This document shows positions 24,182-32,728 of a DNA stretch of 34,323 bases, piece after piece. The stretch spans positions 1 to 34,323 of IMG/VR virus record IMGVR_UViG_3300038530_000222. One strand, given 5' to 3'. This DNA comes from a virus (lineage: Duplodnaviria > Caudoviricetes). The position numbers were made by a program, and so were the translations under genes. Numbering within the stretch: position 1 is the stretch's first letter; every line of letters starts with the position of its first letter. The notes under the pieces were generated by a model. The model was not told the DNA's origin. It did not search any database and saw nothing but the letters and a program-made list of their open reading frames with translations.

Positions 24182-24193
24182 AGATTCTCCTTA

Positions 24194-24625
24194 TTAAGCT
24201 ACGGTAAAGCCAGAAGCATAGTACTTTTGACCATCACCGATTGTTTCTACTACATCAGCAGTAACTTTACCTGCATTCATAGTACCTACAACAGTATATC
24301 TAGCACCAAGATATCTCTGACCTTTGCCGGCAATATCTGGATTTAAACGTACAACAATGTTCTTACCTAATGTAAGTGCTGCTGTAGCTAATACTGCACT
24401 ACTACCAATAACAGTTGGTGTACCTAAGTTTGCACTTGCACTAGTAATAACTTCAAAAGTTACGCTAGTACCGTTAGCAAATGCTTCGGTTAGTGCAAAG
24501 TTCATGTACAAAGCAGTACCTTCACCTATGTCTCTAGCAACGCCTAAATCAATAGTGTTAGTAGATACAGCAGTTGTTGTTACCGCTTGATCTTCGCTCA
24601 CTCTGAGCAGTTTGTCTGTAATCAT
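24194..24625 (-). CDS. Capsid cement/decoration protein (BPP-1 Bbp16-like)
   Basis: MITDKLL..SEDQAVT.TAVSTNTIDLG..RDIGEG...QRYLGARYTV; follows the MCP. Confidence 0.85.
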   Translation of the reverse strand: MITDKLLRVSEDQAVTTTAVSTNTIDLGVARDIGEGTALYMNFALTEAFANGTSVTFEVITSASANLGTPTVIGSSAVLATAALTLGKNIVVRLNPDIAGKGQRYLGARYTVVGTMNAGKVTADVVETIGDGQKYYASGFTVA

Positions 24626-24651
24626 TTTAGATCTCCTTTAATAAAATAAAA

Positions 24652-25671
24652 TTAAACTACACGAGCTTCGTTGTTAATTAACGAATCAACCTGTCTGATT
24701 GGAGTACCCAAGAATGATAAGTAGCTCTTAGCTGTTCCAAACTGTGATAAACCTTTTTGTATTTCAAGAACATTTTGTGATTTATCCATTGCAGCAATTG
24801 ATAAACCAGAATGAACTGTTCTATTCATATAAAATGCTGCTCTACCCATAGCCATGTTTGGTATTCTGTAGCACGCTCTTGCCATTAGTTTAGTAAGTGC
24901 AGTTGCAGCAGTAGTAGCCTGAGTACCAGTAACGCCAATTAGATCAGAAATATCTATGTTGCAAATACGAACAACGTATCTCCAATCTTTTACAACTAAA
25001 CCGTTTTTCCATTGGTAACGTGTAGCAAAAGCTTGTAGCCTTGTTCCGTCACTATTGTAAACAGTTTGCTCACCAAGATCTTCATGGGTTAAACCTGCTT
25101 TAGATCCTTTAGGAAATGGACAATAAACAGTTTGATCACCCCAAACAACTAGATATACAGAAGCGTTATCAGAACCTGTTCCACCTGCATCAAGAATGTT
25201 TACAGCATTATCTGCGGAAAGATCACCGTATCTTGGTGCTAAACCTAAAAACTTTTTAGGATCTGTTCCGGGATTACCGTAAAACATTGTCTCAGCTTGA
25301 GTCTGGTTCATTGCTTCTAAGAACGCAGTATCTTCAGATAAACGGAACTGTGCGGTGTTACCATTTAACATTGCTAAGTCTTTGTCCACTTCAGAACGTG
25401 CTTCTAAGATTGCACAGGCTTCATCAACTTGAGCAGTTGTTGATTTGCTGCCGGGAATACCTTGGTTTAGTGCACGGAAATAAACTGATGGTAAACCAGT
25501 TCTAATAATTACACGTTCACCAGTAGGTAAATTACCTTCTTTAAAAACGCAATCATCTAGTATTTCGTTGGTTTGTGAAAGTAATTCTGCAACGATGGGA
25601 ACTCTACCGTCTGGGTCAGATCTTTTTGCCCAATCCGCTAGTGTTAAATTTGAGTTTGAGAGTGTAGCCAT
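24652..25671 (-). CDS. Major capsid protein (BPP-1 Bbp17-like)
   Basis: TLADWAKR.DPDG...ELLSQTNEIL.D...EGN...RTGLP...DWRYVVRICNID...NEARVV. Confidence 0.93.
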   Translation of the reverse strand: MATLSNSNLTLADWAKRSDPDGRVPIVAELLSQTNEILDDCVFKEGNLPTGERVIIRTGLPSVYFRALNQGIPGSKSTTAQVDEACAILEARSEVDKDLAMLNGNTAQFRLSEDTAFLEAMNQTQAETMFYGNPGTDPKKFLGLAPRYGDLSADNAVNILDAGGTGSDNASVYLVVWGDQTVYCPFPKGSKAGLTHEDLGEQTVYNSDGTRLQAFATRYQWKNGLVVKDWRYVVRICNIDISDLIGVTGTQATTAATALTKLMARACYRIPNMAMGRAAFYMNRTVHSGLSIAAMDKSQNVLEIQKGLSQFGTAKSYLSFLGTPIRQVDSLINNEARVV

Positions 25672-25682
25672 TTAATAACTCC

Positions 25683-26381
25683 TTACTTGTTTTGCTGATT
25701 TGAATAAAGTGCGTTAGCTTTGCCGTCAAAATCTTGAGGAACACTACTGCCTTGTGCATTAGCTCCTTGTGAATTGCCAACATAACTGTCTTCACTTATT
25801 GCCTTACCTGCTCGGTACATAAACCGAATTACTTCGGGATGATTTCCCAAGCCTGATTCTGACAGCAACTGTTTAAAAGGTTCAGTACCAAAAGCATTAA
25901 GGGCTGTTTTTGCAGTTTCAAGATTAGTTTCAAAAGTTTCTCCACCAAATTCATCATCTGATTTTGATTCTTCTGCCCACTCTACTCTTGCTTTTTCTAC
26001 CTGTTCTGCTTGTCTTGCCTGTATTACAGGTGCGACTTTGTCTAATACCTTTTGTGCAGCTTCCTGTGGCAGGTCAAGTTCTTTAGCGACTTCACCGAAT
26101 GCAGTTAAGACTTCGGGGTCGAGTACTTCCGGTGCGTCAGCCACCTTATCGTTAAACTCGTATTTGTCAGGAGCACCTTCTTTACTGGTTTCCTGTTCGC
26201 TAGTTTCACTCTCAGTAGAGGATTCATCCAAATCTTGCTGATCTGCTACATTTTCAGCTTGTTGCTGTGTTTCTTCAGTATTTGTTGCTTCTGCCGATTG
26301 CTCGGTTTGTGCTTCTCCTACTGGTTGCTGTGTGCTGCCTTCATTGGTTTGGTCGGCTTCCGTCATCAGCGTTTCTGACAT
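25683..26381 (-). CDS. Capsid scaffolding protein
   Basis: Acidic low-complexity N-terminus, GAPDKYEF, SGLGNHPEVIRFMYRAGKAISED; immediately upstream of the MCP. Confidence 0.85.
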   Translation of the reverse strand: MSETLMTEADQTNEGSTQQPVGEAQTEQSAEATNTEETQQQAENVADQQDLDESSTESETSEQETSKEGAPDKYEFNDKVADAPEVLDPEVLTAFGEVAKELDLPQEAAQKVLDKVAPVIQARQAEQVEKARVEWAEESKSDDEFGGETFETNLETAKTALNAFGTEPFKQLLSESGLGNHPEVIRFMYRAGKAISEDSYVGNSQGANAQGSSVPQDFDGKANALYSNQQNK

Positions 26382-26685
26382 TTTTTTGCTCCTTAATCAT
26401 TGTCGGGTATAACTCTGGGCAGAGAGTGTGAATTTGGTTGAGGAGTTGCAAACCATAGTTCCTGTTACCTTCGCTAAATGACATTGCCATTGCGTTAGTG
26501 TTAAACGATGATCGAAATACACCTGCCAATTCCAGAAGTCTCCAGATAAATCTGCGACCCCTCTTGCTGCTCATCAGCCATTTGATGTCCGACTCTTCAT
26601 TTTGGCGGTCAATTCTTTCCTCAGACTTTTTATTGTCTTTGGTTTTTTGTTGACTCTTGAGGTCGAGAGGATTGTATTCACTCAT
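26341..26685 (-). CDS. Conserved protein between portal and scaffold (Bbp19-like)
   Basis: DIKWLMSSKRGRRFIWRLL..AGVFRSSF...MSFSEGNRNYGL. Confidence 0.8.
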   Translation of the reverse strand: MSEYNPLDLKSQQKTKDNKKSEERIDRQNEESDIKWLMSSKRGRRFIWRLLELAGVFRSSFNTNAMAMSFSEGNRNYGLQLLNQIHTLCPELYPTMIKEQKNVRNADDGSRPNQ

Positions 26686-26690
26686 ACATC

Positions 26691-26724
26691 AATATATCTA
26701 GTCATAACTGGGTTACGGTCACAC
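26691..26724 (-). promoter_or_regulatory. Putative late promoter copy 3 (GTGTGACCGTAA-N16-TATATT)
   Basis: Exact 12-mer at 26713-26724; the -10 lies 5 nt from the ATG at 26685. Confidence 0.8.
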
Positions 26725-26725
26725 C

Positions 26726-26869
26726 TTATGCCTTTTTACTTTGACTATCTCTTAATGCTTTAGCTGTTGGTGCTCCTTTAGAACCCGGCTTACGCATTTT
26801 TTCACCAGAACCTGCTTTAATTCTTTTACGCTTTGCGTGAATGTTTGCCCATAATCCTTGGTTTTTCAT
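26726..26869 (-). CDS. 47-aa basic microprotein
   Basis: Below track cut-off. MKNQGLWANIHAKRKRIKAGSGEKMRKPGSKGAPTAKALRDSQSKKA, recalled as a family common in marine podoviruses. Confidence 0.85.
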   Translation of the reverse strand: MKNQGLWANIHAKRKRIKAGSGEKMRKPGSKGAPTAKALRDSQSKKA

Positions 26870-26871
26870 AA

Positions 26872-27027
26872 TTAAAACATTGAAGGGTAAAGTTTTTTTA
26901 ATTTTTCTAGATCTTTAAGATCTTTTGGAGTAGCCATATCACCTTCTATTTTTGCTTGTATTAACCTAATTTTGTTTTTTTGAAAATTAGGAATAATTTG
27001 TTCTGCACCTTGTTTTTTAGTAGTCAT
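26872..27027 (-). CDS. 51-aa microprotein
   Basis: MTTKKQGAEQIIPNFQKNKIRLIQAKIEGDMATPKDLKDLEKLKKLYPSMF; tightly packed in the operon. Confidence 0.75.
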   Translation of the reverse strand: MTTKKQGAEQIIPNFQKNKIRLIQAKIEGDMATPKDLKDLEKLKKLYPSMF

Positions 27028-27035
27028 AATACAAA

Positions 27036-27188
27036 TTACATATTTGATTTGTTATACAACAATTTTAATTTTCTATTCTCTTCTTTCTTTCTTGCTTCTT
27101 CTTGCATTTTTAAAATTTTCATTCGTGTTTCTGCCGGCAAATCACCAAATCTGATGTTATCTGGCGTTGTAATGTTTTTTCTACCCAT
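27036..27188 (-). CDS. 50-aa microprotein
   Basis: MGRKNITTPDNIRFGDLPAETRMKILKMQEEARKKEENRKLKLLYNKSNM; GGAGGT upstream, abuts the portal stop. Confidence 0.8.
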   Translation of the reverse strand: MGRKNITTPDNIRFGDLPAETRMKILKMQEEARKKEENRKLKLLYNKSNM

Positions 27189-28868
27189 TTATACCTCCAA
27201 TGGTGATGGTGAATTGTAACCACTAAACTGGTTCATCATATCCATCATAGATGGATCACCAGTTTTTGAATCATTTAATTTAACTGCATTATCTACAGCA
27301 CGTTGTTCTGCTTCTGCTTTTGCTATTGCTTGTTGCTGTGCTGCTCTTTCTTGACGTATTTTTGCTACTTGTTTACCTCCGACAATTAACTTAGGATCTA
27401 CGCCTAGCATATCTGCATATCCATCTGCCCATGCATCTGAATCAAATTTATCTAAAACATCAGGTTTCATCTGTGCAATCATACCCATACTGTTTACATA
27501 CCTATCAACACTATTTGTACCAATAGCACGTTGTGCTTGTGCCAACATAGATACAAATTCTACGTTTAATTCCATGCCTTGCATTTCTTCTGGAGCAGGT
27601 GGCACTAGTCCGGCTTCTACCATTCTGTTAAATGTATTGTCTATCAACGGATCAAGCAATTCATTATGCAATCTTTCCAATACTGGACCTAACATAAGCA
27701 GTTTTTCTTCGTGACGTTCTGCTACTTCTGTCGCTGTCATCCTTGTATCGGTAGCATTTGCCAACATTAAAAACAAATCAGCATAAAAACTACCGTTAAT
27801 ACGCTGCCTTACGTCCTGTATGTCTGCTAATAAATGATTTAAATTAAGATTTACATTAAAAGCTGTCTCAATTTTGCCCTGTGCCCCATCAATAAACGTA
27901 ACTCCACCCGGTAAACTGTCTACATCTCTGTTTTTCATGTAGCTAGGTACTTGCAACGGTGGCTTTGTTTGGTAATCAATGCCTTGTGCCTTGCGTAATT
28001 GCTCATGTTGCAACTGTTTTATGTCACCTAATGCTTCCATTCCCGGTGAATTACCATAAATATCGCCACCTGCTATGCCCCATCTAGGTATTACAGCCGG
28101 AAATTCTTTATATCCACTTTCTCGTAACACATCTTCGCCATCACCACCCATTTCAAAGTAACAAGACTTGTATGCCATGTTCATATTGTCTTTCTTTTTA
28201 AAGTCACGCTCTCTATCATCTCTTGGTTCTATCGCATGAACTAACGTAATCCATTGATCTAATGAACCTCTGTCGTACAAGTTTTTAACAGACGTTGAAC
28301 ATTTCTTATATCCAAATTCTCTGACTACTTCTCCTACTGTTTTTTGAAATTCTCTGTACAAAGTATTAACTCTGCCCTGATAATCCGTAGCTATTGCGTA
28401 TTCTCCAATAGTTACCGGGTAATGATGTATAGCTGTTTTGGGATCAGGAAGGACAATAGAACCTGCTGTACCAAATGCTCCTAATTCTTCATAAATACTG
28501 TGTAATGTTCGGTATGTATTAGACTTTTGAAACACTAATTGCATACGTTCTGTAACGTCATTTAGCCATAACTTTACAGGTGTATATCTATTTAACTCTG
28601 GATCAGCCGTTCCAAGTCTAAACCAAGGTCTTGCAGGGGATGTTGCACCTGCCATCATACCTGCACCTAGTGTTCTTAATGCTCTTGTACCAGTATTGTC
28701 GTATATCGAGTTATGTCTTCTATGACCTTTGTTTCTATCTTGCTGAAAATAACGTCCATTTCTTGGTAACAAGTATGTTGTCACTTCTTGCCAATGTGAC
28801 CACCATGTAGCTCTTTCTGATCTAAGATGACCCCACCTTGTTAACAAGTCAGCACGTTTTGTTTTCAT
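27189..28868 (-). CDS. Portal protein (head-to-tail connector)
   Basis: TSPARPWF, YGNSPGMEALGDIKQLQ, MTATEVAERHEEKLLMLGPVLERL. Confidence 0.95.
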   Translation of the reverse strand: MKTKRADLLTRWGHLRSERATWWSHWQEVTTYLLPRNGRYFQQDRNKGHRRHNSIYDNTGTRALRTLGAGMMAGATSPARPWFRLGTADPELNRYTPVKLWLNDVTERMQLVFQKSNTYRTLHSIYEELGAFGTAGSIVLPDPKTAIHHYPVTIGEYAIATDYQGRVNTLYREFQKTVGEVVREFGYKKCSTSVKNLYDRGSLDQWITLVHAIEPRDDRERDFKKKDNMNMAYKSCYFEMGGDGEDVLRESGYKEFPAVIPRWGIAGGDIYGNSPGMEALGDIKQLQHEQLRKAQGIDYQTKPPLQVPSYMKNRDVDSLPGGVTFIDGAQGKIETAFNVNLNLNHLLADIQDVRQRINGSFYADLFLMLANATDTRMTATEVAERHEEKLLMLGPVLERLHNELLDPLIDNTFNRMVEAGLVPPAPEEMQGMELNVEFVSMLAQAQRAIGTNSVDRYVNSMGMIAQMKPDVLDKFDSDAWADGYADMLGVDPKLIVGGKQVAKIRQERAAQQQAIAKAEAEQRAVDNAVKLNDSKTGDPSMMDMMNQFSGYNSPSPLEV

Positions 28869-28871
28869 TGA

Positions 28872-29195
28872 TTATCCACCAAGTAAAGTGTTGCCACCTA
28901 GATTTAATTGACTACTATCTACACCTTGTACACCAGTAAGTAATGTTCCGGCAGGTCCGGCCATAGCTGCCTGTTCTTCTTTCTTTGTAATAGCACTAAC
29001 GTCAGCCCTTCTTCTATTAGCCTTGTTAAATTCAATATCAGCACGATCAGACGCTTCTTTTGCTCTTTGTCTTGCGTCTTCATTTGCTTGTCGTTGCAAT
29101 GCTAACTGTTTCTGTTGTTGTTTTTTCTGTTGATGCGATGCATATAACTGCGATCCAACAGTAGCTGCTCCTACAATAACCGCTGATACTACCAT
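28872..29195 (-). CDS. Small virion protein preceding portal
   Basis: Hydrophobic N-terminus, Gln-rich helix, GTLLTG..GV...TLLG C-terminus typical of pre-portal genes. Confidence 0.7.
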   Translation of the reverse strand: MVVSAVIVGAATVGSQLYASHQQKKQQQKQLALQRQANEDARQRAKEASDRADIEFNKANRRRADVSAITKKEEQAAMAGPAGTLLTGVQGVDSSQLNLGGNTLLGG

Positions 29196-29198
29196 CGT

Positions 29199-29708
29199 TT
29201 AAATCTCCTTAGAATACATAATTTCTTGTACACCATATTTTAGCTTTGGTAGTAGCTTTGCTAAAGCGGTGTTTTCTTTAGCGTGCCATAGCATCAGTTT
29301 ACAGCCTTCAGATCTTGCATGATCTTCTGTGACCTTTAACAAACGCAATCCTAATCGCCCACCTCTGAATTCTTTTTTGACAAACAAAACGTCATTCTGG
29401 GTAACTCTTAGATCAGCATAATGAAAATGATGCATGATGATATTCATAGAATAACCAATACAGACATCGCCTTGCATTGCTAGATAAATAAACAAGAATC
29501 CGTTCTTGTCTACTGACTCATACATTGGCCAGTTTGGTTTTAGCTTCATTACCTGTTTGTTGCGAGCAATCTCTTCGTAATGCTCTTCAAACAATGGTTC
29601 TGCTAATACCTTAAATTCATCTAACGTGCAGAGTCTAATTTCTGTTTTAGGTACTCTACTTTCGTTTACAGTAGCGGTACTATCAGGAGTTACGGTCACA
29701 CTCGTCAT
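29199..29708 (-). CDS. GNAT-family acetyltransferase
   Basis: DVLFVKKEFRGGRLGLRLLK (acetyl-CoA motif A) ...ARSEGCK...LKY. Confidence 0.85.
   Translation of the reverse strand: MTSVTVTPDSTATVNESRVPKTEIRLCTLDEFKVLAEPLFEEHYEEIARNKQVMKLKPNWPMYESVDKNGFLFIYLAMQGDVCIGYSMNIIMHHFHYADLRVTQNDVLFVKKEFRGGRLGLRLLKVTEDHARSEGCKLMLWHAKENTALAKLLPKLKYGVQEIMYSKEI
29668..29701 (-). promoter_or_regulatory. Putative late promoter copy 4 (GTGTGACCGTAA-N16-TACTGT)
   Basis: Exact 12-mer at 29690-29701, inside the first codons of the GNAT ORF. Confidence 0.7.
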
Positions 29709-30271
29709 AGTGGATATTTAGTTACACAATCAAATATTATATGCACTCTGTCTGTCATGCCAACATTGTGTGCTGTGTGTAGTTCTTTATGGTTAAACCA
29801 CCAAACCTCACCAACCTCAAATTTTTGCTCTTGATCACCGCAAGTTTGGCTACACCATTTGTTAGATTTAAGTACAAGATGAAATCTGCTGTAGTGATCC
29901 GCATATGTGCCCTGATCATTGTGTTTTGTTACATGGCCACTAGGTTTTAAGTTAACAATAAGCAACCTACCCATGTCTTCAACTTCTAACTTTTCTAGTA
30001 TTGGTCGCATTAATGGCACAAGTGCAGGTTTTAAATATTCCATACACGGATAATCGTATGATCCTGTATCCCATAAGACGTAATATGCACTCATTTTTAG
30101 TGGTCCTCTAACGTATATCGACTCTGTGTCTTTATGTGGTGAGCCTGTAAACTTTTGGCGTGTCTCTATCTCCTTCCATAACTCTGGTTTATTGTCTAAC
30201 AATTGGAGCAATGGTTTTACATCTAAACCTTTTGCTATACGAACAAAATTAGATAACTTTGTATGGGTCAT
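29705..30271 (-). CDS. Aspartyl/asparaginyl beta-hydroxylase-family 2OG-Fe(II) oxygenase
   Basis: LKPSGHVTKHND (HxD), RFHLVL, GEVWWFNHKELHTAHN...RVHIIFD. Confidence 0.88.
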   Translation of the reverse strand: MTHTKLSNFVRIAKGLDVKPLLQLLDNKPELWKEIETRQKFTGSPHKDTESIYVRGPLKMSAYYVLWDTGSYDYPCMEYLKPALVPLMRPILEKLEVEDMGRLLIVNLKPSGHVTKHNDQGTYADHYSRFHLVLKSNKWCSQTCGDQEQKFEVGEVWWFNHKELHTAHNVGMTDRVHIIFDCVTKYPL

Positions 30272-31583
30272 AATCCGTCTTTTGTGTGGCTGCTTTACGT
30301 CTTTTAATGTATATATCCTCTGGCACTTTCTTGGCTACTGGGAGGGCAAAGGTTAGGGCTAGTGCATCAGCTAAATCTGGTGACCCTGCACCTTGCAATC
30401 TCTTCTTAATTTGATCTTTACTTTCTAATACACGCCTACCTACATTGTCGTACCAATATATCGGTGTAGCTAACTCTTGTTTGAGGGCTACATCGTTAGG
30501 TATTGCACCACCTTCTTCTATCCATTGCTTCATTAACCACCACATCTCACTTCTACGGTTAATGTATTGCTCTGGTTTTGTTGCTTTGCCACCAAACGGT
30601 ATTTCGATGACGTCATAATCTAACTGCCTTAGTCTGTCAATTACACCACTACCTGCACCTGCGTCACAAAACACAGCATCTGGGTCATGCTCCTCTATCA
30701 GGTTGGCTACTCTGGCTGCTAGTTCCATGTTGTCTATACCTCGATATACAACAGGCTTAAATGCTTGCCTACCTTGCCTACGGAACACTACAGATCGGTC
30801 ATCACCAAACCTTGCAGGGTCGATACCAAGCACTACTGGTGACAGCCTGACATGGTCACGTTGGTATACACGTTTAGCTGCATCCTCGGTATCTGCTAAT
30901 GCGATCAACTGGTCATCACCCTGTGCAGAAAAGTCACATAAATATTCCCTAGCAAATGATGTCTCACTCATATCACGTTTAAGACGAGTCACCTCATCTG
31001 GATGCAAGCTATCTGTGTCAAATACTGTGTACCTTGATGCTGTCCATCCGTCCTCGTCTATGGCCTTGTAATACAACTCAGAGAACAAGTTAATGCCACT
31101 AGGTGTACCGATAAAGATTGACCAACCAAGACGGTCAGAAAGAGCCGGCTGCACTATGTCTGTCCATAGCTCGTTCTTTAACTGTGCGACCTCGTCCATG
31201 ACTATGCCGTCCAGACGTAATCCACGCATAGCATCAGGATTATCTCCACCAAACAATCTGATGATCGCTCCATTGTGTTTAAACCTTACCGACAGTTCAC
31301 CCTCGTTGATGTCGATTACAGATGTCCTACGCAATGGTTCTATCTTTTGTTTTAGTCTTGCCCATGCAATCGCTTTTGCCTGTCTCAGGAACGGTGCAAC
31401 ATAGACAAACATGGCTAATTCCTTGTCTGTCTTCATGGCCTTATCAATTAGCTCCATAATGGCCAGTTCTGTCTTGCCTGATCGCCTGTGTAATGCGTAA
31501 ACACTAAACCTTTGTTTCTTTAGATGGCATTCTCTTTGCCAAGTCCGAGGTGTGTAATCAAGCTTTATTAACGGTTGTTTCAC
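30249..31583 (-). CDS. terL: Terminase large subunit
   Basis: Walker A HRRSGKT, Walker B GIVMDE, IGTP coupling motif, nuclease LGIDPARFGDD and SPDLADALAL; GTG start. Confidence 0.96.
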   Translation of the reverse strand: MKQPLIKLDYTPRTWQRECHLKKQRFSVYALHRRSGKTELAIMELIDKAMKTDKELAMFVYVAPFLRQAKAIAWARLKQKIEPLRRTSVIDINEGELSVRFKHNGAIIRLFGGDNPDAMRGLRLDGIVMDEVAQLKNELWTDIVQPALSDRLGWSIFIGTPSGINLFSELYYKAIDEDGWTASRYTVFDTDSLHPDEVTRLKRDMSETSFAREYLCDFSAQGDDQLIALADTEDAAKRVYQRDHVRLSPVVLGIDPARFGDDRSVVFRRQGRQAFKPVVYRGIDNMELAARVANLIEEHDPDAVFCDAGAGSGVIDRLRQLDYDVIEIPFGGKATKPEQYINRRSEMWWLMKQWIEEGGAIPNDVALKQELATPIYWYDNVGRRVLESKDQIKKRLQGAGSPDLADALALTFALPVAKKVPEDIYIKRRKAATQKTDYDPYKVI

Positions 31584-32068
31584 GTTTGTGGAACGCCTGT
31601 TGAAATGTTCAGAGATATAGATCCACCTGCTTCAACTCCTACTTTCTCTCCATACTTCTTAGGATTCCATTTTGCCAACAACTTTAACCTTGCTTCTACC
31701 CTGTTCTTCTGCATTTGTACTGCTGCCGGATCAAGCCTTGTATTACCCTCAGAACCGCACAAAGGAGGAGGAGCATCTATTATCTCCAAGCACTCCTCCG
31801 CTATTGCGTCTGCACCCATGTCTCGTGCGTGTGCGAAGCGTGCGATAAAGTCTCCATCATCTTTTTCCAACCAGTTATAAATAGTTCTCCAATTTGGTTT
31901 ATTTTTCAAGCGACAGTAAGACCTCAAAGTATTACCATGAGCAATCCAATCTATAATTTCATTTACAATTACAGGATCAGGTTTCTCTGTAGGCCGTCCT
32001 AGTTTTGTAGATTGTTTTCCAACGGTCTGGAGTTTGCCCCCTGATTTGGTATTTACAGATTTTTGCAA
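31580..32068 (-). CDS. terS: Terminase small subunit (start re-placed at TTG 32068)
   Basis: LGRP...I..WIAHG.TLRSYC...TIYNW...F...ARDMGADAIAEE.LEIID...KLLAKWNPKKYGEK (Sf6-like). AGGGGG precedes the in-frame TTG; start uncertain. Confidence 0.88.
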   Translation of the reverse strand: MQKSVNTKSGGKLQTVGKQSTKLGRPTEKPDPVIVNEIIDWIAHGNTLRSYCRLKNKPNWRTIYNWLEKDDGDFIARFAHARDMGADAIAEECLEIIDAPPPLCGSEGNTRLDPAAVQMQKNRVEARLKLLAKWNPKKYGEKVGVEAGGSISLNISTGVPQT

Positions 32069-32255
32069 TTGTCCCCCTTGGTAAAGAAAAGATAGTGCTA
32101 AGAGTTCCATAGCCAAGATCAAAGTCTTCTCTCAACTCCCTAATTGCGTCTACAACAATATCTGGAATTGTATTTTGATGATGGCTTTCACCAATTCTGT
32201 AACCTTGATCATTTACAGCAATATAAGATCGAGTAACCTGAGTAATTGCTGTCAT
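31977..32255 (-). CDS. Stand-alone HTH DNA-binding protein, candidate late-gene activator
   Basis: GESH..NTI.D..V.AIRELR....GYGTLSTIFSLPRGTIAKIC HTH pattern; first gene of the late strand. Confidence 0.7.
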   Translation of the reverse strand: MTAITQVTRSYIAVNDQGYRIGESHHQNTIPDIVVDAIRELREDFDLGYGTLSTIFSLPRGTIAKICKYQIRGQTPDRWKTIYKTRTAYRET

Positions 32256-32324
32256 TTAGGAACTATAAATTAAACAAAATATATATAAATATAACTAAAA
32301 AAGCAATGTTCTGAAATTATTTAC

Positions 32325-32353
32325 TTGACATATGTTGCATTAACTGCCACACT
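32325..32353 (+). promoter_or_regulatory. Sigma70 early promoter with overlapping operator
   Basis: TTGACA-17 bp-CACACT; TGTTGCA-TTAAC-TGCCACA at 32333-32351. Confidence 0.8.
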
Positions 32354-32364
32354 AAGAGAGTACA

Positions 32365-32384
32365 TTACTAATTTCTATTAACAA
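32365..32384 (+). repeat. 20-bp conserved leader, copy 1
   Basis: TTACTAATTTCTATTAACAA, identical to 34256-34275. Confidence 0.9.
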
Positions 32385-32686
32385 TGACTACTGAAACTTT
32401 CACACCTAGCGAAATTCATGAACAGGCTAGTACATGGTTTATGACACACGCAGGTACTTATGCAAGATTGCTCAAGCGTACTAAAGCAGAAGCAAAAAGA
32501 GCATTTGTTGTATTTAGCGATTTAATGCTTGGCGTTGATTACAGAGATGTCAAAGGCAAAGCTAACAAAGATGCATTTATCAATGCTTTCATGTCTAGCT
32601 CAACTGTATCTGCAATTACTGCACAGCAACTAGTCGAAGGTTCTGTTGAATACAAAGAATTAGTTGACGCATACTTGGGTGAATAA
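32384..32686 (+). CDS. Hypothetical early protein
   Basis: 100 aa with its own promoter and terminator. Confidence 0.8.
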   Translation: MTTETFTPSEIHEQASTWFMTHAGTYARLLKRTKAEAKRAFVVFSDLMLGVDYRDVKGKANKDAFINAFMSSSTVSAITAQQLVEGSVEYKELVDAYLGE

Positions 32687-32704
32687 TTTCACCCATTTTT
32701 TTTA
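32676..32704 (+). terminator. Rho-independent terminator
   Basis: TGGGTGAA-TAAT-TTCACCCA followed by T9. Confidence 0.88.
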
Positions 32705-32728
32705 TCCAATTTTTTATTAACCAGACCA

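Noticed and set aside
30249-31583. Higher GC in terL as a sign of another overprinted gene
   Set aside because: No same-strand alternative ORF with an RBS is listed; amino-acid composition or mosaic origin suffices.
9347-31880. Numerous plus-strand ORFs of 60-142 aa in the track
   Set aside because: Antisense shadows of well-supported minus-strand genes.
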